Origin: the human T2T-CHM13v2.0 reference genome, Homo sapiens
DNA: 64,000 nucleotides
Reading direction: 5' to 3' (one strand)
NCBI RefSeq assembly: GCF_009914755.1
Contig: NC_060933.1
Position 1 is the stretch's first letter, and every line of letters begins with the position of its first letter. The translations under genes were made by a program, and so were the position numbers. This document shows, one piece after another, positions 39,401 through 54,900 of this stretch. Below the pieces are notes generated by a model that did no database searches, was not told where the DNA came from, and worked only from the letters and a program-made list of their open reading frames with translations.

Positions 39401-42400
39401 CCATTTCATTCCATTCCACTCCATTCCATTGCATTCGGGTTGATTACATTCCATTCCATTCCATTCCATTCCGGATGATTCCATTCCATTGCATTCCGTT
39501 CCATTGCATTCCCTTGCACTCGCGTTGATTCCATTCCATTCCATTCAATTCAATTCCATTACAATTCGTTCCATTCCATTCTATTCCGTACCATTCCATT
39601 CCATTCCATACCATTCCATTCCATTCCATTCCATTCCGTTCCATTCCGTTCCATTCCATTCCATTCCATTCTATTCGGGTTAATTCCATTCCATTCCATT
39701 CCATTCCATTCTATTCCATTCCACTGCAATCGAGTTGAATCCATTGCATTTCATTCCATTCCATTCCATTCCATTCCGGAAGATTCCATTCCGTTGCATT
39801 CCATTCCATTCCATTCCCCTGCACTCGCGTTGATTCCAATCCATTCCATTCCATTCCATTCCATTCCGTTCCGTTCCGTTCCGTTCCATTCCATTCCATT
39901 CCATTCCATTCCATTCCGTTCCGTTCCATTCCATTCCATTCCATTCTATTCCGTTCCGTTCCGTTCCTTTCCGTTCCGTTCCATTCCATTCCATTCTATT
40001 CGGGTTAAATCCATTCCATTCCATTCGATTGCAATCGAGTTGATTCCATTCCATTCCATTCCATTCCATTCCATTCCATTCCATTCCATTCCCTTTCCGT
40101 TCCATTCCATTCCATTCCATTCCGTTCCGTTCCATTCCATTCCATTCCATTCTATTTGGGTTAATTCCATTCCATTCCATTTGATTGCAATCGAGTTGAT
40201 TCCATTCCGTTCCATTCCATTCCATTCCATTCCATTCCTTTCCATTCCATTACGGATGATTCCATTCCATTGCATTCCATTCCATTCCATTCCCCTGTAC
40301 TCGGGTTGATTCCATTCCATTCCATTCCAATCCATGCCATTCCACTCGTGTTGATTCCATTCTTTCCATTCCATTCAAGTTGAATCCATTCCATTGCATT
40401 GCATTCCTTTCGATTCCATTCGATTGCACTCGGGTTGATTCCATTCCATTCCATTCCATTCCATTCCATTCCATTCCATTCCATTCCATTCTGTTCCATT
40501 CCATTCCATTACATTCGGATTGATTCTATTCAATTCCCTTACACTCCATTACATTCCATTCCATTCGGGTAGTTTCCATTCCATTCCATTCCATTCCTCT
40601 CCATTCCATTGCACTCGGGTTGATTCCATTCCATTGCATTCCATTCCATTCCATTCAATTCCATTCCGTTCCATTCCATTCCATTAAATTCGGAATGATT
40701 CTATTCAACTCCCTTACTCTCCATTACATTCCATTCCATTCGGGTTGTTCCATTCCATTCCATTCCATTCCACTCCATTCCATTGCACTCGGGTTGATTC
40801 CATTCCATTCCATTCCGTTCCATTCCGGAAGATTCCATTCCATTGCATTCCATTACATTCCATTCCCCTGCACTCGCGTTTATTCCATTCCATTCCATTC
40901 CATTCCATTCCGTTCCATTCCATTCCTTTCCTTTCCGCTCCATTCAATTCCATTCCATTCCATTCCATTCCGTTCCTTTCCGTTCCGTTCCATTCCATTC
41001 CATTCCATTCTATTCGGGTTAATTCCATTCCATTCCATTCGATTGCAATCGAGTTGATTCCATTCCATTCCATTCCATTCCATTCCATTGCATTCCGGAA
41101 GATTCCATTCCATTGCATTCCATACCATTCCATTCCCCTGCACTCACGTTGATTCCATTCCATTCCATTCCATTCCATTCCATTCCATTCCGTTCCGTTC
41201 CGTTCCATTCCGTTCCGTTCCATTCCATTCCGTTCCGTTCCGTTCCATTCCATTCCATTCCATTCTATTCGGGTTAATTGCATTCCATTCCATTCCATTG
41301 CAATCGAGTTGATTCCATTCCATTCCATTCCATTCCATTCCATTCCATTCCATTCCTTTCCATTCCATTACGGATGATTCCATTCCATTGCATTCCATTC
41401 CATTCCATTCCCCTGTACTCGGGTTGATTCCATTCCATTCCGTTCCAATCCATGCCATTCCACTCGTGTTGATTCCATTCTTTCCATTCCATTCAAGTTG
41501 AATACATTCCATTGCATTCCATTCGATTCCATTCGATTGCACTCGGGTTGATTCCATTCCATTGCATTCCATTCCATTCCATTCAATTCCATTCCCTTCC
41601 ATTCCATTCCATTATATTCGGATTGATTTTATTCAACTCCCTTACTCTCCATTACATTCCATTCCATTCGGGTTGTTCCATTCCATTCTATTCCATTCCA
41701 CTCCATTCCATTGCACTCGGGTTTATTCCATTCCATTCCATTCCATTCCATTCCATTCCATTCCATTCCATTCCAGAAGATTCCATTCCATTGCATTCCA
41801 TTCCATTCCATTCCATTCCATTCCATTCCATTCCATTCCAGAAGATTCCATTCCATTGCATTCCATTCCATTCCATTCCTTTCCGTTCCATTCCATTCCA
41901 TTCCATTCCATTCCATGCCATTCCGTTCCGTTCCGTTCCGTTCCATTCCATTCCATTCCATTCTATTCGGGTTAATTCCATTCCATTCCATTCAACTGCA
42001 TTCGAGTTGATTCCATTCCATTCCATTCCATTCCATTCCATTCCATTGCATTCCATTCCTTTCCATTCCATTACGGATGATTCCATTCCATTGCATTCCA
42101 TTCCATTCCATTCCCCTGTACTCGGGTTGATTCCATTCCATTCCATTCCAATCCATGCCATTCCACTCGTGTTGATTCCATTCTTTCCATTCCATTCAAG
42201 TTGAATCCATTCCATTGCATTCCATTCCATTCCATTCCCCTGCAGTCTGGTTGATTCCATTCCATTCCATTCCATTCCATTCCATTCGATTCCATTCCAT
42301 TCCGTTCCGTTCCATTCCATTTCATTCCATTCCATTCTATTCGGGTTAATTCCATTCCATTCCATTCCGTTCCATTCCATTCCAATCGAGTTGATTCCAT

Positions 42401-43899
42401 TCCATTCCATTCCATTCCATTCCACTCCATTCCAGTCCTTTCCATTCCATTCCACTCGGGTTGATTCCAATGTATTCCTTTCCAGTCCATTCCATTCCAT
42501 TGCAATCGAGTTGATTCCATTGCTTTGCATTCCATTCCATTCCATTCCATTCCGGATGATTCCATTCCATTCCATTCGGATTGATTCTATTCAATTCCCT
42601 TACACTCCATTACATTCCATTCCATTCGGGTAGTTTCCATTCCATTCCATTCCATTCCTCTCCATTCCATTGCACTCGGGTTGATTCCATTCCATTCCAC
42701 TCCATTCCATTCTATTACATTACGTTCCATTCCATTCCGTTCCATTGTACTAGGGTTGATTCCATTCCATTGCATTCCATTCCATTCCATTCCATTCCAT
42801 TCCATTCCATTCCATTCCATTCGATTCCATTCCATTCCAATTCTTTCCATTCCATTCTATTCCGTACCATTCCATTCCATTCCATACAATTCCATTACAT
42901 TCCATTCCACTCCATTCCGTTCCGTTCTGTTCTGTTCCGTTCCATTCCATTCCATTCCATTCTATTCGGTTTAATTCCATTCCATTCCATTCCATTCCAT
43001 TCCATTCTATTTCATTCCATGGCAATCGAGCTGAATCCATTCCATTCCATTCCATTCCATTCCATTCCATTCCATTCCATTCCGGAAGATTCCATTCCAT
43101 TGCATTCCATTCCATTCAATTCCATTCAATTCCATTCCATTCCATTCCGGAAGATTCCATTCCATTGCATTCCATTCCATTCAATTCCATTCCATTCCAT
43201 TCCATTCCATTGTACTCGGGTTGATTCCATTCCATTGCATTCCATTCCATTCCATTCCATTCCATTCCATTCCGTTCCATTCCATTCCATTACATTCGGA
43301 TTGATTCTTTTCAACTCCCTTACTCTCTATTACATTCCATTCCATTCGGGTTGTTCCATTCCATTCCATTCCATTCCACTCCATTCCATTGCACTCGGGT
43401 TGATTCCATTCCATTCCATTCCATTCCATTCCGGATGATTCCATTCCATTGCATTCCGTTCCATTACATTCCCTTGCACTCGGGTTGATTCCATTCCATT
43501 CCTTTCCATTCCATTCGATTCCATTCCATTCCCCTGCACTCGCGTTGATTCCATTCCATTCCATTCCATTCCATTCCATTCCATTCCATTCCATTCCATT
43601 CAATTCCTTTCCGTTCCATTCCATTCCATTCCATTCCATTCCGTTCCGTTCCATTCCATTCCATTCCATTCTACTCGGGTTAATTCCATTCCATTCCATT
43701 CGATTGCAATCGAGTTGATTCCATTCCATTCCATTCCATTCCATTCCATTCCATTCCATTCCAGTCCTTTCCATTCCTTTCCATTCCATTACTGATGATT
43801 CCATTCCATTGCATTCCATTCCATTCCATTCTCCTGTACTCGGGTTGATTCCATTCCATTCCATTCCAATTCATGCCATTCCACTCGTGTTGATTCCAT

Positions 43900-44930
43900 T
43901 CTTTCCTTTCCATTCAAGTTGAATCCATTCCATTGTATTCCATTCCATTCGATTCCATTCGATTGCAGACGGGTTGATTCCATTCCATTGCATTCCATTC
44001 CATTCCATTCCATTCCATTCCATTCCGTTCCATTCCATTTCATTACATTCAGATTGATTCTATTGAATTCCCTTACACTCCATTATATTCCAATACATTC
44101 TGGTTGTTTCCATTCCTTTCCATTCCATTTCACTCCATTCCATTGCACTCGGGTTGATTCCATTCCATTCCATTCCATTGCATTCCATTCCATTCCATTC
44201 CGGATGATTTCATTCGATTGCATTCCATTCCATTCCATTCCCCTGCACTCGGGTTGATTCCATTCCATTCCATTCCATTACATTCCGTTCCATTCCATTC
44301 CATTCCATTCGGATTGATTCTATTCAATTCCCTTACACTCCATTACATTCCATTCCATTCGGGTAGTTTCCATTCCATTCCATTCCATTCCTCTCCATTC
44401 CATTGCACTCGGGTTGATTCCATTCCATTCCATTCCATTCCATTCCATTACATTACATTCCATTCCATTCCGTTCCATTGTACTCGGGTTGATTCCATTC
44501 CATTGCATTCCATTCCATTCCATTCCATTCCATTCCGTTCCATTCCATTACATTCGGATTGATTCTATTCAACTCCCTTACTCTCCATTACATTCCATTC
44601 CATTCGGGTTGTTCCATTCCATTCCATTCCATTCCACTCCATTCCATTGCACTCGGGTTGATTCCATTCCATTCCATTCCATTCCATTCCATTCCATTCC
44701 ATTCCATTCCGGATGATTCCATTCCATTGCATTCCGTTCCATTACATTCCCCTGCACTCGGGTTGATTCCATTCCATTCCATTCCATTCCATTCGATTCC
44801 ATTCCATTCCAATTCTTTCCATTCCATTCTATTCCGTACCATGCCATTCCATTCCATACAATTCCATTCCATTCCATTCCACTCCGTTCCGTTCCGTTCC
44901 GTTCCATTCCATTCCATTCCATTCTATTCG
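43900..44930 (+). repeat. Dispersed duplicated block homologous to ~59410-60560 (offset ~15.5 kb)
   Basis: Shared TTCAGATTG, CATTATATTCCAAT, TCTGGTTGTTTCC, TTTCACTCC, CCATACAATTCC. ORF offset 44218/59729 = 15511. Confidence 0.8.
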
Positions 44931-47900
44931 GGTTAATTCCATTCCATTCCATTCGATTGCAATCGAGTTGATTCCATTTCATTCCATTCCATTCCATTCC
45001 ATTCCATTCCTTTCCATTACATTACGGATGATTCCATTCCATTGCATTCCATTCCATTCCATTCCCCTGTACTCGGGTTGTTTCCATTCCATTCCATTCC
45101 AATCCATGCCATTCCACTCGTGTTGATTCCATTCTTTCCATTCCATTCAAGTTGAATCCATTCCATTGCATTCCTTTCCATTCGATTCCATTCAATTGCA
45201 CTCGGGTTGATTCCATTCCATTGCATTCCATTCCATTCCATTCCATTCCATTCCATTCCATTTCATTCCATTCCGTTCCATTCCATTCCATTACATTCGG
45301 ATTGATTCTATTCAATTCCCTTACACTCCATTACATTCCATTCCATTCGGGTAGTTTCCATTCCATTCCATTCCATTCCTCTCCATTCCATTGAACTCGG
45401 GTTGATTCCATTCCATTGCATTCCATTCCATTCCATTCAATTCCATTCCGTTCCATTCCATTCCATTACATTCGGATTGACTCTATTCAACTCCCTTACT
45501 CTCCATTACATTCCATTCCATTCGGGTTGTTCCAATCCATTCCATTCCATTCCACTCCATTCCATTGCACTCGGGTTTATTCCATTCCATTCCATTCCAT
45601 TCCATTCCATTCCATTCCGGAAGATTCCATTCCATTGCATTCCATTCCATTCCATTCCCCTGCACTCGCGTTGATTCCATTCCATTCCATTCCATTCCAT
45701 TCCATTCCTTTCCATTCCATTCCTTTCCGTTCCATTCCATTCCATTCCATTCTATTCCATTCCATTCCGTTCCGTTCCTTTCCGTTCCATTCCATTCCAT
45801 TCCATTCTATTCGGGTTAATTCCATTCCATTCCATTCGGTTGCAATCGAGTTGATTCCATTCCATTCCATTCCATTCCATTCCATTCCATTCCATTCCTT
45901 TCCATTCCATTACGGATGATTCCATTCCATTGCATTCCATTCCATTCCATTCCCCTGTACTCGGGTTCATTCCATTCCATTCCAATCCATGCCATTCCAC
46001 TCGTGTTGATTCCATTCTTTCCATTCCATTCAAGTTGAATCCATTCCATTGCATTCCATTCCATTCCATTCCCCTGCAGTCGGGTTGTTTCCATTCCATT
46101 CCATTCCGTTCCGTTCCGTTCCATTCCATTCCATTCCATTCTATTCGGGTTAATTCCATTCCATTCCATTCCATTCCATTCCATTCCATTCCATTCCAAT
46201 CGAGTTGATTCCATTCCATTCCGTTCCATTCCATTCCACTCCATTCCAGTCCTTTCCATTCCATTCCACTCGGGTTGATCCCAATGTATTCCTTTCCATT
46301 CCATTCCATTCCGTTGCAATCGAGTTGATTCCATTGCTTTGCATTCAATTCCATTCCATTCCATTCCGGATGATTCCATTCCATTGCATTCGATTCCATT
46401 CCATTCCCCTGCACTCGGGTTGATTCCACTCCATTCCACTCCATTCCGTTCCATTCCATTACATTGCATTGTATTCAGGTTAATTCCATTCCATTCCATT
46501 CCATTCCATTCCATTCCATTCCATTCCATTACAATCGAGTTGATTCCATTCCATTCCATTCCATTCCAGTCCTTTCCATTCCATTCCTCTCGGGTTGATT
46601 CCATTCTATTAGTTTCCGTTCCATTCCATTCCCTTCCATTCCACTCTGGTTGATTCCATTCCTTTCCATTCCACTCGAAAACATTCCCTCCTATTCCACT
46701 CGGAACGATTCCATTCCATTCCATTCCATTCCATTCATTTCGTTCCATTCCATTCTATTCCGTATCATTTCATTCCATTCCATTCCATTCCATTCCATTC
46801 CATTCCGTTCCATTCCATTCCATTGTACTCGGGTTGATTCAATTCCATTGCATTCCATTCCATTCCATCCCATTCCATTACATTCCGTTGCTTTCCATTC
46901 CATTACATTCGGATTGATTCTATTCAACTCCCTTACTCTCCATTACATTCCATTCCATTCGGGTTGTTCCATTCCATTCCATTCCATTCCACACCATTCC
47001 ATTGCACTCGGGTTGATTCCATTCCATTCCATTCCATTCCATTCCATTCCATTCCATTCCGGATGATTCCATTCCTTTGCCTTCCGTTCCATTACATTCC
47101 CCTGCACTCGCGTTGATTCCATTCCATTCCATTCCATTCCATTCAATTCCATTCCATTACAATTCGTTCCATTCCATTCTATTCCGTACCATTCCATTCC
47201 ATTCCATACCATTCCATTCCATTGCATTCCATTCCATTCCGTTCCATTCCGTTCCATTCCATTCCATTCCATTCTATTCGAATTAATTCCATTCCATTCC
47301 ATTCCATTCCATTCTATTCCATTCCATTGCAATCGAGTTGAATCCATTGCATTTCATTCCATTCCATTCCATTCCATTCCGGAAGATTCCATTCCATTGC
47401 ATTCCATTCCATTCCATTCCCCTGCACTCGCGTTGATTCCATTCCATTCCATTCCATTCCATTCCATTCCGGATGATTCCATTCCATTGAATTCCATTCC
47501 ATTCCATTCCCCTGCACTTGGGTTGATTCCATTCCATTCCATTCCATTCCTTTCTGTTCCATTCAATTCCATTCCATTCCATTCTATTCGTGTTAATTCC
47601 ATTCCATTCTATTCCATTCCATTCCATTGAAATCGAGTTGATGCCATTCCATTCCATTCCATTCCATTCCATTCCATTCCATTCCATTCCGGATGATTCC
47701 ATTCCATTGGATTCCATTCCATTCCATTCCCCTGCACTCGGGTTGATTCCATTCCATTCCATTCCATTACATTCCATTCCATTCCGTTCCATTTCATTCT
47801 ATTCGTGTTAATTCCATTCCATTCCATTCCACTCCATTCCAGTCCTTTCCATTCCATTCCACTCGTGTTGATTCCATTCTATTCCTTTCAATTCCATTCC

Positions 47901-50900
47901 ATTCCATTGCAATCGAGTTGATTCCATTCGAGTTGAATCCATTCCATTCCATTCCATTCCATTCCATTGCACACGGGTTCATTCCATTCCATTCCATTCC
48001 ATTCCATTCCATTCCATTTCATTCTATTCCATTCTATTCCATACCATTCCATTCCATCCCATTCCATTCCGTTCCATTCCATGCCATTACACTCGGGTTG
48101 ATTCCATTCCTTTCCATTCCATTCTTGTTGAATCCATTCCATTCCATTCCATTCCATTCGAATCCATTCCATTGCACTCGGGTTGATTCCATTCCATTCC
48201 ATTCCATTCCATTTCATTCCATTCCATTCCATTACATTCGGATTGATTCTATTCAATTCCCTTACACTCCATTACATTCCATTCCATTCGGGATGTTTCC
48301 ATTCCATTCCATTCCATTCCACTCCATTCCATTGCATCAGGTTGATTGCATTCCATTCCATTCCATTCCATTCCGGATGATTCCATTCCATTGCATTCCA
48401 TTCCATTCCATTCCCCTGCACTCGGGTTGATTCCATTCCATTCCATTCCATTCCATTCCATTCCATTCCATTCCGTTCCATTCCATTCCATTCCATTCTA
48501 TTGCGGTTAATTCCATTCCATTCCATTGGATTAAATTCCATTCCATTCCATTCCATTGCAATCGAGTTGATTCCATTCCATTCCAGTCCATTCTGTTCCG
48601 GATGATTCCATTCCATTCCATTCCATTCCATTCCATTCCCCTGCAGTCGGGTTGATTCCATTCCATTCCATTCCATTCCATTCCATTCCATTCCATTCCA
48701 TTCCATTCCGTTCAATTCCATTCCATTCCATTCTATTCGGGTTAATTCCATTCCATTCCATTCCATTCCATTCCATTCCATTCCATTCCAATCGAGTTGA
48801 TTCCATTCCATTCCATTCCATTCCATTCGAATCCATTCCATTGCACTCGGGTTGATTCCATTCCATTCCATTCCATTCCATTTCATTCCATTCCATTCCA
48901 TTACATTCGGATTGATTCTATTCAATTCCCTTACGCTCCATTACATTCCTTTCCATTCGGGATGTTTCCATTCCATTCCATTCCATTCCACTCCATTCCA
49001 TTGCATCAGGTTGATTGCATTCCATTCCATTCCATTCCATTCCGGATGATTCCATTCCATTGCATTCCATTCCATTCCATTCCATTCCGGATGATTCCAT
49101 TCCATTGCATTCCATTCCATTCCATTCCCCTGCACTCGGGTTGATTCCATTCCATTCCATTAAATTCCATTCCATTCCATTCCTTTCCATTCCATTCCAT
49201 TCCATTCTATTCCGGTTAATTCCATTCCATTCCATTCGATTAAATTCCATTCCATTCCATTCCATTGCAATCGAGTTGATTCCATTCCATTCAAGTCCAT
49301 TCCGTTCCGGATGATTCCATTCCATTCCATTCCATTCCATTCCATTCCATTACCCTGCAGTCGGGTTGATTCCATTCCATTCCATTCCATTCCATTCCAT
49401 TCCATTCCATTCCGTTCACTTCCATTCCATTCCATTCTATTCGGGTTAATTCCATTCCATTCCATTCCATTCCATTCCATTCCATTCCAATCGAGTTGAT
49501 TCCATTCCATTCCATTCCATTCCATTCCATTCTATTCCATTCCATTGCAATCGAGTTGAATCCATTGCCTTTCATTCCATTCCATTCCATTGCATTCCGG
49601 AAGATTCCATTCCATTGCATTCCATTCCATTCCATTCCCCTGCACTCGCGTTGATTCCATTCCATTCCATTCCATTCCATTCCGTTCCGTTCCATTCCAT
49701 TCCATTCCATTCCATTCCGTTCCGTTCCATTCCATACCATTCCATTCTATTCGGGTTGACTCCATTCCATTCCATTCGACTGCCATCGAGTTGATTCCAT
49801 TCCATTCCATTCCATTCCATTCCTTTCCATTCCATTACGGATGACTCCATTCCATTGCATTCCATTCCATTCCATTCCCCTGTACTCGGGTTGAATCCAT
49901 TCCATTCCATTCCACTCCATTCGGTGCCGTTGCATTCCATTCTATTGCATTCCATTCTATTCGGGTTAATTCCATTCCATTCTATTCCATTCCATTCCAT
50001 TCCATTCCATTCCATTGCAATGGAGTTGATTCCATTCCATTCCATTCCATTCCGGAAGATTCCATTCCATTGCATTCCATTCCATTCCATTCCCCTGCAC
50101 TCGCGTTGATTCCATTCCATTCCATTCCATTCCATTCCATTCCATTCCATTCCGGATGATTCCATTCCATTGAATTCCATTCCATTCCATTCCCCTGCAC
50201 TTGGTTTGATTCCATTCCATTCCATTCCATTCCATTTCATTCTATTCGTGTTAATTCCATTCCATTCCATTGAAATCGAGTTGATTCCATTCCATTCCAT
50301 TCCATTCCATTCCATTCCATTCCATTCCATTCCGGATGATTCCATTCCATTGCATTCCATTCCATTCCATTCCCCTGCACTCGGGTTGATTCCATTCCAT
50401 TCCATTCCGTTCCATTTCATTCTATTCGTGTTAATTCCATTCCATTCCATTCCATTACAATCGAGTTGATTCCATTCCATTCCATTCCATTCCAGTCCTT
50501 TCCATTCCATTCCACTCGGGTTGATTCCATTCTATTCCTTTCAATTCCATTCCATTCCATTGCAATCGAGTTGATTCCATTCGAGTTGAATCCATTCCAT
50601 TCCATTCCATTCCATTCCATTCCATTCCATTGCACACGGGTTCATTCCATTCCATTCCATTCCATTCCATTTCATTCTATTCCATTCTATTCCATACCAT
50701 TCCATTCCATCCCATTCCATTCCGTTCCATTCCATGCCATTACACTCGGGTTGATTCCATTCCTTTCCATTCCATTCTTGTTGAATCCATTCCATTCCAT
50801 TCCATTCCATTCGAATCCATTCCATTGCACTCGGGTTGATTCCATTCCATTCCATTCCATTCCATTTCATTCCATTCCATTCCATTACATTCGGATTGAT

Positions 50901-53099
50901 TCTATTCAATTCCCTTACACTCCATTACATTCCATTCCATTCGGGATGTTTCCATTCCATTCCATTCCATTCCACTCCATTCCATTGCATCAGGTTGATT
51001 GCATTCCATTCCATTCCATTCCATTCCGGATGATTCCATTCCATTGCATTCCATTCCATTCCATTCCCCTGCACTCGGGTTGATTCCATTCCATTCCATT
51101 CCATTCCATTCCATTCCATTCCATTCCGTTCCATTCCATTCCATTCCATTCTATTCCGGTTAATTCCATTCCATTCCATTCGATTAAATTCCATTCCATT
51201 CCATTCCATTGCAATCGAGTTGATTCCATTCCATTCCAGTCCATTCCGTTCCGGATGATTCCATTCCATTCCATTCCATTCCATTCCATTCCATTCCATT
51301 CCATTCCATTCCCCTGCAGTCGGGTTGATTCCATTCCATTCCATTCCATTCCATTCCATTCCATTCCATTCCGTTCAATTCCATTCCATTCCATTCTATT
51401 CGGGTTAGTTCCATTCCATTCCATTCCATTCCATTCCATTCCATTCCATTCCATTCCATTCCAATCGAGTTGATTCCATTCCATTCCATTCCATTCCATT
51501 CCATTCTATTCCATTCCATTGCAATCGAGTTGAATCCATTGCCTTTCATTCCATTCCATTCCATTCCATTCCATTCCGGAAGATTCCATTCCATTGCATT
51601 CCATTCCATTCCATACCCCTGCACTCGCGTTAATTCCATTCCATTCCATTCCATTCCATTCCGTTCCGTTCCATTCCATTCCATTCCATTCCGTTCCGTT
51701 CCATTCCATTCCATTCCATTCTATTCGGGTTGATTCCATTCCATTCCATTCGACTGCCATCGAGTTGATTCCATTCCATTCCATTCCATTCCATTCCATT
51801 CCATTCCATTCCTTTCCATTCCATTACGGATGACTCCATTCCATTGCATTCCATTCCATTCCATTCCCCTGTACTCCGGTTGATTCCATTCCATTCCATT
51901 CCACTCCATTCGGTTCCGTTGCATTCCATTCTATTGCATTCCATTCTATTCGGGTTAATTCCATTCCATTCTATTCCATTCCATTCCATTCCATTCCATT
52001 GCAATGGAGTTGATTCCATTCCATTCCATTCCATTCCGGATGATTCCATTCCATTGCATTCCATTCCATTCCATTCCCCTGCACTCGTGTTGATTCCATT
52101 CCCTTCCATTCCATTCCATTCCGTTCCATTCCATTCCATTCCATTCTATTCCGGTTAATTCCATTTCATTCCATTCCATTCCATTCCATTCCATTGCAAT
52201 CGAGTTGATTCCATTCCATTCCTTTCCATTCCATTCCATTGCCTTGCATTCCACTCGGGTTGATTCCATTCCCTTCTTTCCACTCCATTACATTCCCTTC
52301 CATTCCACTCGGAATGATTGATTCCATTCCATTCCATTCCATTCCATTCCATTCCATTGCAATCCATTCCAATCCATTCCATTCCATTCCATTCCACTCG
52401 AGTTGACTTCATTCCATTCCTTTCCATTCCATTCCATTCCTTTCCACTCGAGTTGATTCCATTCCATTCCATTCCATTGCATTCCATTCCATGCCATTCC
52501 ACTCGGGTTGATTCCATTCCTTTGCATTCCATTCCATTCCATTCCATTCCATTCCATTCCATTCCATTCCATTCCGTTGCATTCCATTCCATTGCATTCG
52601 GACTGATTCTATTCAACTCCCTTACTGTCCATTACATTCCATTCCATTCGGGTTGTTCCATTCCATTCCATTCCATTCCACTCCATTCCATTGCACTCGG
52701 GTTGATTCCATTCCATTCCATTCCATTCCATTCCACTCCATTCCATTCCATTCCGGATGATTCCATTCCATTGCATTCCGTTCCATTACATTCCCCTGCA
52801 CTCGCGTTGATTCCATTCCATTCCATTCCATTCTATTCAATTCCATTCCATTACAATTCGTTCCATTCCATTCTATTCCGTACCATTCCATTCCATTCCA
52901 TACCATTCCATTCCATTCCATTCCATTCCATTCCATTCCGTTCCATTCCGTTCCATTCCATTCCATTCTATTTGGGGTAATTCCATTCCATTCCATTCCA
53001 TTCCATTCTATTCCATTCCATTGCAGTCGAGTTGAATCCATTGCATTCCCTTCCATTCCATTCCATTCCATTCCGTTCCATTCCATTCCATCACTTTCG

Positions 53100-54900
53100 G
53101 ATTGATTCTATTGAATTCCCTTACACTCCATTACATTCCATTCCATTCGGGTAGTTTCCATTCCATTCCATTCCGTTCCTCTCCATTCCATTGCACTCGG
53201 GTTGATTCCATTCCATTGCATTCCATTCCATTCCATTCAATTCCATTCCGTTCCTTTCCATTCCATTACATTCGGATTGACTCTATTCAACTCCCTTACT
53301 CTCCATTACATTCCATTCCATTCGGGTTGTTCCATTCCATTCCATTCCATTCCACTCCATTCCATTGCACTCGGGTTTATTCCATTCCATTCCATTCCAT
53401 TCCATTCCATTCCTTTCCATTCCGGAAGATTCCATTCCATTGCATTCCATTCCATTCCATTCCCCTGCACTCGCGTTGATTCCATTCCATTCCATTCCAT
53501 TCCATTCCGTTCCATTCCATTCCATTCCATTCCATTCCAATCCATTCCATTCCGTTCCGTTCCGTTCCATTCCATTCCATTCCATTCTATTCGGGTTAAT
53601 TCCATTCCATTCCTTTCGATTGCAATCGAGTTGATTCCATTTCATTCTATTCCATTCCATTCCATTCCTTTCCATTCCATTACGGATGATTCCATTCCAT
53701 TGAATTCCATTCCATTCTATTCCCCTGTACTGGGGTTGATTCCATTCCATTCCATTCCAATCCATGCCATTCCACTCGTGTTGATTCCATTCTTTCCATT
53801 CCATTCAAGTTGAATCCATTCCATTGCATTCCATTCCATTCCATTCCCCTGCAGTCGGGTTGTTTCCATTCCATTCCATTCCATTCCATTCCATTCCATT
53901 CCATTCCGTTCCGTTCCATTCCATTCCATTCCATTCTATTCGGGTTAATTCCATTCCATTCCATTCCATTCCATTCCAATCGAGTTGATTCCATTCCATT
54001 CCATTCCATTCCATTCCACTCCATTCCAGTCCTTTCCATTCCATTCCACTCGCGTTGATTCCAATGTATTCCTTTCCATTCCATTCCATTCCATTGCAAT
54101 CGAGTTGATTCCATTGCTTTGCATTCCATTCCATTCCATTCCATTCCGGGTGATTCCATTCCATTGCATTCCATTCCATTCCATTCCTCTGCACTCGGGT
54201 TGATTCCATTCCATTCCACTCCATTCCGTTCCATTCCATTCCATTCCATTGTATTCGGGTTAATTCCATTCCATTCCATTCCATTCCATTCCATTCCATT
54301 CCATTCCATTACAATCGAGTTGATTCCATTCCATTCCATTCCATTCCAGTCCTTTCCATTCCATTCCACTCGGGTTGATTCCATTCTATTAGTTTCCATT
54401 CCATTCCATTCCCCTCCATTCCACTCTGGTTGATACCATTCCTTTCCATTCCACTCGAATACATTCCCTCCTATTCCACTCGGAACGATTTCATTCCATT
54501 CCATTCCATTCCATTCCATTCCATTCCATTCCATTCCATTTCGTTCCATTCCATTCTATTCCGTATCATTCCATTCCATTCCATTCCATTCCATTCCATT
54601 CCATTCCATTCCATTCCATTCCATTGTACTCGGGTTGATTCAATTCCATTGCATTCCATTCCATTCCATTCCATTCCATTCCGTTGCATTCCATTCCATT
54701 ACATTCGGATTGATTCTATTCAACTCCCTTACTCTCCATTACATTCCACTCCATTCGGGTTGTTCCATTCCATTCCATTCCATTCCACTCCATTCCATTG
54801 CACTCGGGGTGATTCCATTCCATTCCATTCCATTCCATTCCATTCCATTCCATTCCGGATGATTCCATTCCATTGCATTCCGTTCCATTACATTCCCCTG
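53100..54900 (+). repeat. Block repeated at ~56600-58450 (offset ~3.5 kb) and ~45300-47100 (offset ~7.8 kb)
   Basis: Same module order, with shared GGGTTTATTCC and GCAGTCGGGTTGTTTCC. ORF starts 45402/53202/56706 and 46650/54430/57919. Confidence 0.75.
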
